From Candidatus Entotheonellaceae bacterium (GTDB lineage Bacteria; Tectomicrobia; Entotheonellia; Entotheonellales; Entotheonellaceae), in NCBI GenBank assembly GCA_965238075.1, contig OZ250173.1, positions 1,248,001-1,312,000 on the forward strand: a stretch of DNA of 64,000 nucleotides, read 5' to 3'. The position numbers and the translations under genes are program-made. Below the pieces are notes generated by a model, which was not told the origin of the DNA, searched no databases, and was given only the letters and a program-made list of their open reading frames with translations. This document shows positions 39,666 to 50,016 of the stretch, in pieces (the first letter of the stretch is position 1; each line of letters opens with the position of its first letter).

Positions 39666-42026
39666 TTACACGGGAATTGAGGCGTCCGTTCGGGATTCGG
39701 CGGCCTGCCAGTTCGTTTGCAGTTCCCTGCCGTGCGGCGTGAATCCAAACAGGTCGTCGGGGGAAAAAACGGGCGCAAAGTCGTCGGCACGGAAGAACAC
39801 GGCAAACTTGCGCGCACACTCGTCGAGGCGGCGCAGATAATAATCCGTGTTCTCGTCGGGTTGCGCCGGGTCCCAGGCCGACGCCAGACGCGCGTTGTCG
39901 AAGGCCGTGACGTGGGCGCCGCTGCCGGTCACGTAGTAGGCGATCTGCTCGCCCTTGCGCACCGCCTGCCCGGTCTCGCGGGCGCGGGCAATGGCCAGTT
40001 CGTATGCCGCCGCCCGCGAACGCCGCTTGGCCGCCACGTCGGCCAGGTATTGCGCCTCACTTTCCTTCAGCGTTTCGGTGCGGGCGAAATCCTCCACGCC
40101 CCACTCGTGCCGCAAGAGCCGCGCCCGCGTTGCCACGTACAGATCGTGCAGCCCCTGCACGTCTTCAGCCAGCAGCAGGCCGATGGCACCCAGAACGAAG
40201 CGCCGGCCAAAGGGCTCCATGGCCCGCGACACCAGGGACGAGCCCTTGCACCGCACCCGGTCGTCATACGTGAGCAAGGCGTAGTTCTTGACCTTGTACG
40301 AGAGCATGCGGCGGAAACGTCCGTCATAGCCCAGGCGGATACCGGGCGGTATCTGCTGATTGATGGCATCGACAAAGGCCCGTTCGGCCTCTTCACCCTC
40401 GACGTTGGCCGGCGGCACGAACAGAACGCCGTCGGTGTCCACCTCGACCACCCTGCCGCCGCCCGCGCGGATGGCGTCCATGACTTGCCGGATGATCTCC
40501 TGCCCGATACGGGCAACACGGTCCGCGGCAGCGAAATCGTTGAACAGCGCGACGCTGAAGCCGAGTTGCCCGTAAAAACTGTTGATCAATATCTTATAGG
40601 AACTCTGTTGCGCGTCCAGGCCGCTGGCGTCCGCGCGCCGGGTGGCCGCCTGCATGCGCCGCTTGGCGTCCAGGCGCAGGTCGGTGAGGCGCTGCAGCAG
40701 AACCTGGAAGAGTCCCAGGTCGTCCGTTTCGGGATGTACGTCGTAGTTCAGCATGATCGACGGGTACAGGCTTTCCACGTCGGCGTATATGATGGGGCCG
40801 ACGACACCGGTAGCGAAGATGTTTACGTAACCGCCGCGCATGTGGCTGCCCACGCCACTGCCGCTCGGCAGGGATTGCTTCTGCCGCAGATAGGCGCGCA
40901 CCATGAGTGCCTCGATCTTGGCGGCGGGGCCGGTGCGGGCGACCTGTCCGTAGGGCATCGGCACCATCCGGGTGAGGTAGTACGCCGAGCCGGAGAGCAG
41001 GCGGGCCAGCCGTTCGGTTTCCACTACGTCATGGCGGGCGTATTCGATGAGCCGTCCCGGTTCGCGGTGCCAAGTCTGCGCAATCTCCTCCCCCTTCACG
41101 TAGGTCCGGTCGTCCGCCTGCAGGCCGAAATAGCGCGCCGCGGCTTTCAGGCCGTAGCCCGGCAGGTCGCGCTTGAACACATCGAAGGCCATCACCTGCA
41201 GATACGTGTCGATGACGTGCCGCCCGGCGATGTCCACCGCGGGCAGGTCCACCGAGCGCTCGGCAAACCGCATGGCGGCGCCGAACGTGCGCGGCGTCGA
41301 GCCGTCGCGGCCCACGGTGAAGGCAACGCCGTGCCGGGCGCATCGGGCCGTGATGTAGGCCAGGTCGAAGGCGTAGATGTTGTGCCCTTCGATGATGTCC
41401 GGGTCGCGCTCACGAATCGTCCGCACCAACCGTTCCAGCATCGCCTTCTCCGACAGCTCGCGCGCGTCGATGATCTCGTACCAGCCGCGGTTGTCGCTCA
41501 GCGCAATGATAACGATGCGGTCCTCGGGCCGTTGGGCGTGCGGGAACGTCCCCGGCTTCGACACCACTTCGATGTCGAGCTGCATGCGATGCAGGTCGTC
41601 GAACGCCATGTCCTTGAACAGGGTTCTGCCGCTTTGCATGAGGTACTGCTGCGTCGGGTTGGCGATGCGGTAGATGCGGGCATCCTCCTGCGCTTGCAGG
41701 TGGCGCACGGCGTCGTGGTAGGCCGACCAGGTATCGAACACGACGAGGTATCGGTAGGCATGCCGGCCCTGCAGCGTCTGGCAACGGAAACGCTGGCGGG
41801 GAAAGCCGCGCAACGCTTGCAGGTCGGTGAGAAACAGGAAGGGGTAGTAAGGGACGTCCTCCACGGTTAGTGCGCCGTCCGACCCGCTGCGCTGATACAC
41901 CCGCATCAGGGCTTGATCGCTGCCATTCCCTTGCCGCAACGGATGCAAAGCCACCAGTCGCGGCGTCGGATCGTGCCCGAACAGCACCGCATCAGAGATT
42001 GTCGAATTCTGTCGGGACAGGGTCAT
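39666..42026 (-). CDS. polB: family B DNA polymerase with 3'-5' exonuclease domain
   Basis: Exo motifs LDIE, GHNIYAFD, YARHD; polymerase motifs DVESLYPS, KILINSFYG, VDTDG, KNYA. Confidence 0.92.
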   Translation of the reverse strand: MTLSRQNSTISDAVLFGHDPTPRLVALHPLRQGNGSDQALMRVYQRSGSDGALTVEDVPYYPFLFLTDLQALRGFPRQRFRCQTLQGRHAYRYLVVFDTWSAYHDAVRHLQAQEDARIYRIANPTQQYLMQSGRTLFKDMAFDDLHRMQLDIEVVSKPGTFPHAQRPEDRIVIIALSDNRGWYEIIDARELSEKAMLERLVRTIRERDPDIIEGHNIYAFDLAYITARCARHGVAFTVGRDGSTPRTFGAAMRFAERSVDLPAVDIAGRHVIDTYLQVMAFDVFKRDLPGYGLKAAARYFGLQADDRTYVKGEEIAQTWHREPGRLIEYARHDVVETERLARLLSGSAYYLTRMVPMPYGQVARTGPAAKIEALMVRAYLRQKQSLPSGSGVGSHMRGGYVNIFATGVVGPIIYADVESLYPSIMLNYDVHPETDDLGLFQVLLQRLTDLRLDAKRRMQAATRRADASGLDAQQSSYKILINSFYGQLGFSVALFNDFAAADRVARIGQEIIRQVMDAIRAGGGRVVEVDTDGVLFVPPANVEGEEAERAFVDAINQQIPPGIRLGYDGRFRRMLSYKVKNYALLTYDDRVRCKGSSLVSRAMEPFGRRFVLGAIGLLLAEDVQGLHDLYVATRARLLRHEWGVEDFARTETLKESEAQYLADVAAKRRSRAAAYELAIARARETGQAVRKGEQIAYYVTGSGAHVTAFDNARLASAWDPAQPDENTDYYLRRLDECARKFAVFFRADDFAPVFSPDDLFGFTPHGRELQTNWQAAESRTDASIPV

Positions 42027-42439
42027 GGGCTTTTCCGGTGTGGGTGGATGCCTCATCAGACTAAACCGACTCTTCAGGCGCCGACGAGCGCGTCCTTCAA
42101 GCGTCGACAGGGTTTAATCATATTGCCGAATTTCTTCTCGGCCAAGCGTAGTTCAAGGTAACGTGACGGTACCAGGGCCGGCTCTGGGCCAACTGCGAGC
42201 CTCATACTCACCCAACCCTGCATGGCATTTCCAGCGTAACACGATGCTTCGTGCTCGTCTTATGTTCCTATAGCCGGAGCCCCCAAATCTCCCGGATCTC
42301 TGCAAGTTGCTCAAGTACTTTGCGAGACTGTTCATGCGCCGACACTGCTCTGTCGGTCGCCTTGACATCAACCTGGGGCTTCTGTACAACCGGACGCCAT
42401 TCAGCCGGGGCATTCCTATTCTTTTGCGGGGGACACACG

Positions 42440-43800
42440 ATGACATCACGCACGGCGGTTGAGCATACGCAGTCTGACCTGGCCCACCTCATTCACCCGT
42501 TGTATCACCCATCCGACCACCAGGAGCCGAAGATCTGGGTCGAAGGCAGCGGCGCCGTTATGCGGGACATTCACGGCGATGAGTTCATCGACGGCCTCAG
42601 TGGGCTGTGGAACATCAACGTCGGCCACGGCAGGCGGGAGTTGGCCGAGGCGGCGATGCAGCAGATGCAGACCCTCGCCTACTGCTCCTCGTACACCGGC
42701 GCCAGCAACCTGCCGGCGATCGCGCTGGCGGAGCGCCTCAGCGGTCTGGCCTATCCCTCCATCAACACGTTCTTCTTCACCAGTGGCGGGGCCGAATCGA
42801 CGGAGAGCTCGTTCAAGACGGCGCGTTTTTACTGGAAGGCCCAGGGCAAGCCGGACAAGATCAAGATCATTTCGCGCCATCTGGGTTACCACGGCGTCAC
42901 CATGGCCGCCATGAGCGCCACCGGCATTCCGGATTACTGGCGCATGTTCGAGCCCCTGGTGCCCAATTTCGTGCACATCGATTCCCCGTATCCGTACCGC
43001 TTCCAAGGCGGCGACGGCAGCACAAGTCCGGGCGTGGCGGCGGCCAACCTGCTGGAGGAGGCCATTCTGCGCGAAGGGCCGGACACGGTGGCGGCGTTTA
43101 TCGCCGAGCCGGTTCAGGGCGCCGGGGGCGTCATCGTGCCGCAGGAGGATTACTTTCCGCGCATCCGCGACATCTGCGACGCGTATGACGTGCTGTTGAT
43201 CAGCGACGACGTCATCACCGGCTTCGGACGCACCGGCACCTGGTTCGGCCTGGAGCACTGGGGCATCGAGCCGGACATCATGCAGTTTGCCAAGGGCATC
43301 ACCAGCGGCTACGTGCCGCTCGGCGGCATCGGCGTGTCGGACAAGGTGAAACAGGTCATGGCTGACGTGCCGCCGTCGCAGCGCTGGATGCACGCTTATA
43401 CCTACTCCGGCCATCCCATCCCACCAGTAGCGCGGTGGCGCTGGCCAACATCGACATCATCGAAGGCGAGGGGCTGGTGCAGCGGGCCGCCGAGATGGGC
43501 AATCGCCTGCTGGAAGGGCTGCATACGCTGGACGACCTGGACGGCGTCGGCGACGTGCGCGGCCTCGGCTTGATGACCGCCGTTGAGCTGGTGGCGGACA
43601 AGGCCAGCAAGGCGCCGTTCCCGGCTGACGCCAAAGTGGGTCCGCGCATGCACCAGGAGATGGTGCAACGCGGGCTTTTTACCCGCATGCGGGGCGAGGT
43701 GGTCTGCCTGGCGCCACCCCTGGTGACCACCGTGGAACAGGTGGATCGCATCGTGGAAATCTTGCACGACGCCATTCCGGCGGCGCTGCACGGGGTGTAA
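42440..43800 (+). pseudogene. class III PLP aminotransferase interrupted by a 4-bp duplication
   Basis: DGLSGLW, SGGAES, YHG, EPVQGAGG, GFGRTG, AKG. At 43412-43422, catcccatccc shifts the frame; removing 4 nt restores YSGHPTSSAVALAN and joins ORF 43435..43800. Confidence 0.85.
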
Positions 43801-43946
43801 GGATCACGGCGACTGTGCACAAAAAGCCGGGAATCTGCACAAGAAGTCAGTCGCGTCCTGCGTGGTGAGGATCAGGTTCTATCCGCGTTGGGTGGGGTTT
43901 GTGCTCAGTTCAGGGTGCGGGTGCGTCGGCGGCCTGTAGTTGTTCC

Positions 43947-44369
43947 TTAGATGGTGTCGATTCGTGTTTCGTTGCGGGAGACGCGTTCGCTGAGCTTACG
44001 GAATTCGGAGACATCCTTGGCGAGGTCCTCGATGCGTTTGTCTTGGGCGTCAAAGCGTTGGTCTACGGCGTCGAAACGTTGGTTGATGTACTTGTCCTGG
44101 GCGTCGAAGCGCTGGTTGATCTCTGCTTTGAGGTCGTCGATGCGCTTGTCCTGAGCGTCGAAGCGCTGGTTGATCCCTGCTTTGAGGTCGTCGGTGCGCT
44201 TGTCCTGAGCGTCGAAGCGCTGGTTGATGTACTTGTCTTGGGCATCGAAGCGTTGATGAATGGGTCTGACGACGCTGAATTGGATGATCCCGGCGAACCC
44301 GCCGAGGACGGTGATGATTACCGCCACGGGTGCTGCGTTGTCTTTGATCCAGTTCCATGTCTTCTGCAT
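43947..44369 (-). CDS. membrane-anchored coiled-coil protein with RFDAQDK repeats
   Basis: GGAGG RBS, N-terminal TM (VAVIITVLGGFAGIIQF), six RFDA(Q/V)D(K/Q) units; C-terminus possibly clipped by a 1-nt insertion. Confidence 0.75.
   Translation of the reverse strand: MQKTWNWIKDNAAPVAVIITVLGGFAGIIQFSVVRPIHQRFDAQDKYINQRFDAQDKRTDDLKAGINQRFDAQDKRIDDLKAEINQRFDAQDKYINQRFDAVDQRFDAQDKRIEDLAKDVSEFRKLSERVSRNETRIDTI
44030..44260. repeat. intragenic tandem repeat of mixed 21/33/54-bp units
   Basis: Recurring (c)ttgtcctgagcgtcgaagcgctggttgat blocks encoding RFDAQDK with YINQ or RIDDLKAEINQ spacers. Confidence 0.85.
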
Positions 44370-44643
44370 GCCGCCTCCGGGATCGTATAATTTGAAGAAT
44401 TGTAGCACGAGTTCAGGATATTACGGCTTGGTTAGTACTCGGCGCGTCGAGCTTTGGCGGAGGAGTCCGTATCCGACGGATTTTTGTTCAGGAAGTCGAG
44501 TTTCACAAAAGGTCCTGCTGGTCAGTGACTTTTTGTGCAAAGCCAGTTGCGGCCCCGGACGTCTCTGACCCGTAGTAAAGAAGCACGTGGGCCTTCACGA
44601 CACGGCAGCGAAATGAGGCGGTATTCAAAGGAGGAATTGGGTT

Positions 44644-46761
44644 ATGGCCGAAACGACTGTTTTCAGCGCGTGTCCGCATGATTGTCCGGACACCTGTGCG
44701 ATGTTGACCACCGTTCGTGACGGCAAGGCGATTGCCGTACGGGGCAACCCGGATCACCCGTTCACCCGGGGCGGACTCTGTGTCAAGGTCAACGATTACG
44801 AGAATCGGGTCTATAGCGACAACCGGGTGCTGACCCCGTTGCGCCGCACCGGCGCCAAGGGCGCCGGGGAGTTCCAGCCGATCACCTGGGACGCGGCGCT
44901 GCAGGAAATTTCGAGCCGCTGGAGCGAGATTATCGATCGCGACGGCCCCGCCGCCATCATGCCGTACAGCTACCTCGGTACGGAAGGAATTCTGAACGGG
45001 CTGAACGTGGGTGACGCCTTTTTCAACAAGCTCGGCGCAACGGTGGCCGAGCGCACCTTCTGCGATTCCGCCGCCATCACCGCATTCTTCATGACCTGCG
45101 GCCCTACCGCTGCGGTGGATCCGGAGAGTTTTGTCCACTCGAGGTACATCATTCTTTGGGCGATCAACACGATCAGCAACAACCTGCATCACTGGCCGTT
45201 CATCGCGGAGGCGCAGCGCCGCGGCGCCAAGGTCGTGGTCATCGACCCCGTCGCCACGCGGACCGCCAAGCAGGCCGATTGGCACCTGCCCATCAAGCCC
45301 GGTACTGACGCCGCGCTGGCGCTCGGCATGATGAACGTCATCATCGCCGAGGATCTGGTCGACCATGATTACGTCGAGAAATACACCGTCGGCTATGAGG
45401 ACCTGAAAGCCCGCGCGGCCGGTTTCACCCCGGAAAAGGTTGCTGCCATCACCGGCATTTCCGACGACGACATTCGAACCCTGGCGCGCGAATTCGCCAC
45501 CACGCAGCCGTCGGTCATTCGGATGGGCGTGGCGATTGAGCGCAACGCGTCGGGCGGCAACGCCGTCCGCGCCATGTCGTGCCTGCCCGGACTGGTGGGC
45601 TCATGGCGCCATTGCGGCGGCGGCATCCTGCATATGCCGATCTGGGCCTTCCCCATGAAATGGGATGATCTGAGCCGGCCCGATTGGATTCCCGAAGGCA
45701 CGCCGGTTATCAACCAGTGGCGGCTGGGCCCGGCGCTTCTGGGCGAGCTCGACCAGAAGATCAATTCGCTGTTCGTCTACAACTCCAATCCTGCAGTGGT
45801 CGCGCCAGAACAGGACAAAATCCTGCGGGGTCTGGCCCGCGAAGACCTGTTCACGGTGGTCAGCGAACATTTCGTCACCGATACCGCGCGCTATGCGGAT
45901 ATCGTCCTGCCGGCGACGACGCAACTCGAACAGTTCGACCTCATGTTCTCGTGGGGCCATCTGTACCTGACGCTGAACGAACCGGCCATCGAACCGCTCG
46001 GCGAAGCGGTGCCGAACACCGAGCTGTTCCGGCGGCTTGCAGGCGCCATGGGCTTCGACGACCCCTTCTGGCAACGCACGGATGAGGAAATGGCTCAGGA
46101 TGCGCTGGATTGGAGCAGTCCGGTGCTCGAAGGCATCGACCTCGGCAGCCTGCGCCAAACCGGTTACGCGCGCCTCAAGGTCGGCTCGCCCGACGACTTC
46201 GTGCCGCACCGCGAGGGTAATTTCCCGACCCCTTCCGGCAAGCTCGAATTCAAGTCCTCCATGGCCGAAGTAGGCAACATGGTGTTACCCCTGTTCCGCC
46301 AGGGCTATGTGGCCTATCAGTCGGGCGAACCGCTTGATCCATTGCCCAACTTCATCCCGCAAAACGAATCTCCCGATACCAATCCGTCGCTGGCGGCCCG
46401 TTACCCCCTCAACATGATTTCGCCCAAGAGCCATGCCTTCCTGAACTCGTCATTCGGCAATCTGCGAACGCAGTTGCATCACGCCGGCGAGCAGCTGGTG
46501 ATGATCAATCCGGCGGACGCCGGCGAGCGGGGAATTTCCGACGGCGGCGAGGTTCGCGTCTTTAACGACCGCGGCAATTTCCACGCGGTGGTGCGGGTCA
46601 CCGAAGATGCCCGCCCGGGTGTCATCGTGGCGCCCATGGGCTATTGGGCAAAGGGCAGCCGCAACGGATACACGGTGAACGCAATCAACCCGCCGGCATT
46701 CGCGGATTACGGTAGCGCGCCGACATTTTCCGATACCTTGGTCGAAGTGGCGGGTGCCTGA
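44644..46761 (+). CDS. molybdopterin-dependent oxidoreductase (uncharacterised cytoplasmic DMSO-reductase-family clade)
   Basis: ACPHDCPDTC FeS motif, PGTDAALA, TDTARYADIVLPAT, C-terminal MGD-binding domain; no Tat signal. Confidence 0.9.
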   Translation: MAETTVFSACPHDCPDTCAMLTTVRDGKAIAVRGNPDHPFTRGGLCVKVNDYENRVYSDNRVLTPLRRTGAKGAGEFQPITWDAALQEISSRWSEIIDRDGPAAIMPYSYLGTEGILNGLNVGDAFFNKLGATVAERTFCDSAAITAFFMTCGPTAAVDPESFVHSRYIILWAINTISNNLHHWPFIAEAQRRGAKVVVIDPVATRTAKQADWHLPIKPGTDAALALGMMNVIIAEDLVDHDYVEKYTVGYEDLKARAAGFTPEKVAAITGISDDDIRTLAREFATTQPSVIRMGVAIERNASGGNAVRAMSCLPGLVGSWRHCGGGILHMPIWAFPMKWDDLSRPDWIPEGTPVINQWRLGPALLGELDQKINSLFVYNSNPAVVAPEQDKILRGLAREDLFTVVSEHFVTDTARYADIVLPATTQLEQFDLMFSWGHLYLTLNEPAIEPLGEAVPNTELFRRLAGAMGFDDPFWQRTDEEMAQDALDWSSPVLEGIDLGSLRQTGYARLKVGSPDDFVPHREGNFPTPSGKLEFKSSMAEVGNMVLPLFRQGYVAYQSGEPLDPLPNFIPQNESPDTNPSLAARYPLNMISPKSHAFLNSSFGNLRTQLHHAGEQLVMINPADAGERGISDGGEVRVFNDRGNFHAVVRVTEDARPGVIVAPMGYWAKGSRNGYTVNAINPPAFADYGSAPTFSDTLVEVAGA

Positions 46762-46791
46762 GCGCCGCGGTGCCGGTTGTGATGGGTAGTC

Positions 46792-47487
46792 TCAGCGCAC
46801 CCGAACATCGGTAATGACGAAGGTGAAACGGTAGGGGGTGATGTCGTCGCCGGTTTGCAGACCCAGCACGAGGTGGAATTCCTGGCCTTTGTAGGCTTCG
46901 GCCAGGGCTGGGGCGTTTCCGGTGTTAGGAAGGAAGGATGGGGCAGGGGAGCCGAGCACCACTTCGCCGCCCTTGTAAAGCGTCACGGTGAGCGGGTTCA
47001 GAACCAGTTGCCGGTCCACGGGTGACAGGCCGCCTTGGTCAATCTCGGTCGGCAGTGGCCGAGTCGTTGGCACGCCTCCCGGTTGCACGGTTCCCCGCCA
47101 GGTGGCGCCCGGCGCAATCGCGCCCTCGCGCATGGACGCGTCCGGCGCCCGGATGATGCCCTGATCCGTATTGACCGCCTGATGCCGGTGCCCGTGCGGA
47201 TTGACGAAGTACGATTCGCGCCATGCTACCGCCACGGGTTCCAGGCTCTTGTTGATTACCGCCAACTGAACAACCCCCGGCGCCTCCGTCGGCACCACCT
47301 GCACCCGCACCTGATCGTCCTCGATGACCCCCGCCGCACGCTCGCCGGAAGCCTTCAGCGCGTAGTCATAGTGGTATTGATGCGCCGCGCTGCAACTGCT
47401 CAGCAATGCGGCGAGCATCACGCACCACACCCAAGAACGATGTCCGTTTGTGCGCCGTGAGGGTTCCAAGGCCGTTTCCCCTATCAA
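46792..47487 (-). CDS. hypothetical lipoprotein
   Basis: Hydrophobic stretch ending in lipobox LLSSC; start uncertain. Confidence 0.6.
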   Translation of the reverse strand: MIGETALEPSRRTNGHRSWVWCVMLAALLSSCSAAHQYHYDYALKASGERAAGVIEDDQVRVQVVPTEAPGVVQLAVINKSLEPVAVAWRESYFVNPHGHRHQAVNTDQGIIRAPDASMREGAIAPGATWRGTVQPGGVPTTRPLPTEIDQGGLSPVDRQLVLNPLTVTLYKGGEVVLGSPAPSFLPNTGNAPALAEAYKGQEFHLVLGLQTGDDITPYRFTFVITDVRVR

Positions 47488-47632
47488 TGCCCTGTCGTTT
47501 GGAGGGGTCTGCGAGAACGGCTTGGAATCCTAGCACAAAACCCGGTTGGACTGGAGTTGCAACTCCCTGCAACCTCTCCTTCCCGCGCTACAGCGGTTCA
47601 AGATTGATTAGTGCCATACAAGGCCACCGTAT

Positions 47633-47732
47633 CGTCATTCCGGCGCATGCCGGAAGCCAGCGACCCCGTCCGGTCGGGGGCAGGCTCATTGTTACCGGAA
47701 AACCACTGGACGCCGGCTTCCGCCGGAGTGAC
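47633..47732. repeat. CGTC-type REP doublet
   Basis: cgtcattccggcgcatgccggaagccag...ctggacgccggcttccgccggagtgac. Confidence 0.8.
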
Positions 47733-47780
47733 TGGGGCAGTTTGAACACAGATTCTTTTCAACCTTGAATTGCTCCAGCG

Positions 47781-50016
47781 CTATGGGTTGGCGGTGGGCG
47801 CTGGCTCGATGCGGACCGCGCACGCTTTGTACGACGGCTGCCGCGAATAGGGATCGAAGGCCGCGAAGGTAAGCTGGTTGGTCGCTGCGTCGTGCATGGG
47901 CATGAACACCTGCCCCGGCTGCACCACGTGGCTGACGAACGCCCTGGCGCGCACCTGGCCGCGCTGCGAGCGCACGATGACCCAGGCGTTGGCGCGCAGG
48001 CCCAAGTCGGCGGCGTCTTTGGGGCTCAGCTCGACGTACGGCGCGTTGGGGTGCAGCTTGCGTAGCACGCGGCTCTTGCTCGTGCGCGTCTGGGTATGCC
48101 ACTGGCTCGACGAGCCTCGTCCGGTGAGCAGCGTGAAGGGGTAGGCGCGGCTGGTCGGTTCGGGCAGCGGGCGCGGCGCCTCGAAGACGAAACGCGCGCG
48201 GCCGTCGTCGGTGTAAAACCGGCCGTCCTCGAACAGCCGCCGCTCGCTGCCCGCGTCAACGCTTTCGCCCGCCGGCAGCGGCCACTGGATGCCGCCCTTG
48301 GCGTCCAGCATGCGGTAGCCGTCGGATGCCGCCGATGTCGCACGGCATATCCGCCGAGCACGCCCTGAGCAGCCGGAAGACCGCCTCCGGCGACTCCCAG
48401 GCGCGAAACATGTCGCCGCAACCCCACGCCTCGGCGATCAGCTTGAAAATGCGGAAGTCGCTCAGGGCCTGCCCCGGCGCCTTGGCCACCTGCTTGATGA
48501 CCCCGAGGCGGCGCTCGGAGTTGATGAACACGCCTTCCTTTTCGCCCCAGCCGGCGGCGGGCAGCACGAGGTCGGCGAAGGCCGCGGTCTCGGTGCTGTG
48601 GTACATGTCCTGCACCACCAGAAAATCCAGCCGCTGCAGGATGTCCTGGGCGTCCGCCTGGTTGATCCACGAGTGTGCGGTGTTGGTGGCAATGACCCAC
48701 AGCCCACGGATGCGGCCCTTCAGGATGCCCCCCATGATCTGATCGTAGGCCCAAGTCGGCTCGCTGGGGATGCGCGCCGCGTCGATGCCCAGAATGCCGG
48801 CGACTTTGTCGCGATGCTGCGGGTTAGCGAAGTCGTGGCCGCCCAACAGGTTGGTGGTGTTGCTGAACAGCCGCGAGCCCATGGCGTTGCACTGGCCGGT
48901 AATGGAATTGGCGCCGGTGCCGGGCCTGCCGATGTTGGCGGTCATCAGCGCCAGGTTGATGATCGCCTGCGCAGTGCGCACGCCCTCGTGGCTTTGGTTC
49001 ACGCCCATGGTCCACCAGAACGACACCCGCTTGCCGTCGTGAATTGTGCGCGCCAGGGCTTCGATGTCGTCGACGGCCAAGCCGCAGCGCTCGGCGGCGG
49101 CCTCGGGCGTGTATGCCTTAAGGTGCTCGCAGAACGCCTCGAAGTCGTTGGTGTGGGCGTCGATGAAGGGCCGGTCGATCCACCCCTGGCGCACCAGCAC
49201 GTGGGCGACCGCGTACAGCAGCACCAGGTCGGACTTGGGCCGCAGCGGCAGGTGACGGGTGGCCGCCTGCGCCGTTTCGGTGCGCCGCGGGTCGATGACG
49301 ACGATTTCCGGCTGATGCGGGTTCTTGCACACGCGCTCCCACAGGACCGGGTGGGCGATGCACGGGTTGGCGCCGATGAAGACGATGACGTCCGATTCTT
49401 CGAGGTCTTTGTACGTGTAGGGCGGCGCATCGAAGCCGAAGGCCTGTTTGTAGGCAACCACCGAGGTGGCCATGCACTGGCGGGTGTTGCCGTCGCCGTG
49501 CAGCAAGCCCATGCCGAACTTGCCGAGGGCGCCGAGCAGGGCCATCTCCTCCATGGGAATCTGGCCGGTGCTGAGGAAGGCGATGGATTCCCTACCGTAC
49601 TGCGCCTGGATGCCCTTCATGCGGCTCACGAAGGTATCGAGCGCCGTTGGCCAATCGACCGCCCGCAGCCGCCCACCGACGTCGCGCAGCATGGGCGAAG
49701 TGGCGCGGTCCGGGGCGCTCAGCGGCGTCAGCGCCTCCCAGCCCTTGGGGCAGGCCATGCCCAGGTTGACGGCGTATTGCGTGGTCGGCGACAGGTTGAC
49801 CACCCGCCCCTGTCTGAGGTGAACGTCCAAGCCGCAACCGATGGAGCAGTAGCCGCACACCAGCGTCGTGGTGGCGTCGGGTTGCAAGCGCCGCGGCACC
49901 TGCCCCAAGCCGAAGCCGCCGGGGGCGCGCAGCAGATCGCGGGTCAGCACGCCCTGCTTATCCCGCACCAGCCGCCTGACGCGCTCAATCACCGTCGTCG
50001 CGCTCCGCTCACGCAT
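47781..50016 (-). pseudogene. assimilatory-type nitrate reductase catalytic subunit (NasA/NarB-like), frameshifted
   Basis: [26 protein letters not shown]-terminal [22 protein letters not shown]. An extra C at ~48324 splits it into ORFs 48256-50241 and 47781-48311. ATG overlaps the upstream stop (TAATG). Confidence 0.85.

Larger units (their letters stand above)
43811..44544. mobile_element. non-autonomous TIR-bounded element (MITE/mobile cassette) carrying one cargo gene
   Basis: Left gactgtgcacaaaaagcc (43811-43828) matches the reverse complement of right 44527-44544 (ggctttgcacaaaaagtc) at 15/18; second internal copy tgcacaagaagtca at 43836; no transposase. Confidence 0.6.

Noticed and set aside
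39717..41870. Long antisense ORFs (717 aa here; also 5569-6984, 48598-50277, 62140-63516 and others)
   Set aside because: Shadows of real genes caused by high-GC codon bias; no recognisable motifs
39666..42026. PolB as a marker of a prophage, casposon or pipolin
   Set aside because: No integrase, cas1, capsid or terminal repeats nearby, and no evident protein-primed insertions; looks like a cellular PolB
42060..42420. Spacer with short open frames suggesting a gene remnant
   Set aside because: No recognisable family or structure
44030..44260. Repeat-spacer-like pattern resembling a CRISPR array
   Set aside because: Unit lengths are multiples of 3, the 'spacers' themselves repeat, everything is in frame within an ORF, and there are no cas genes
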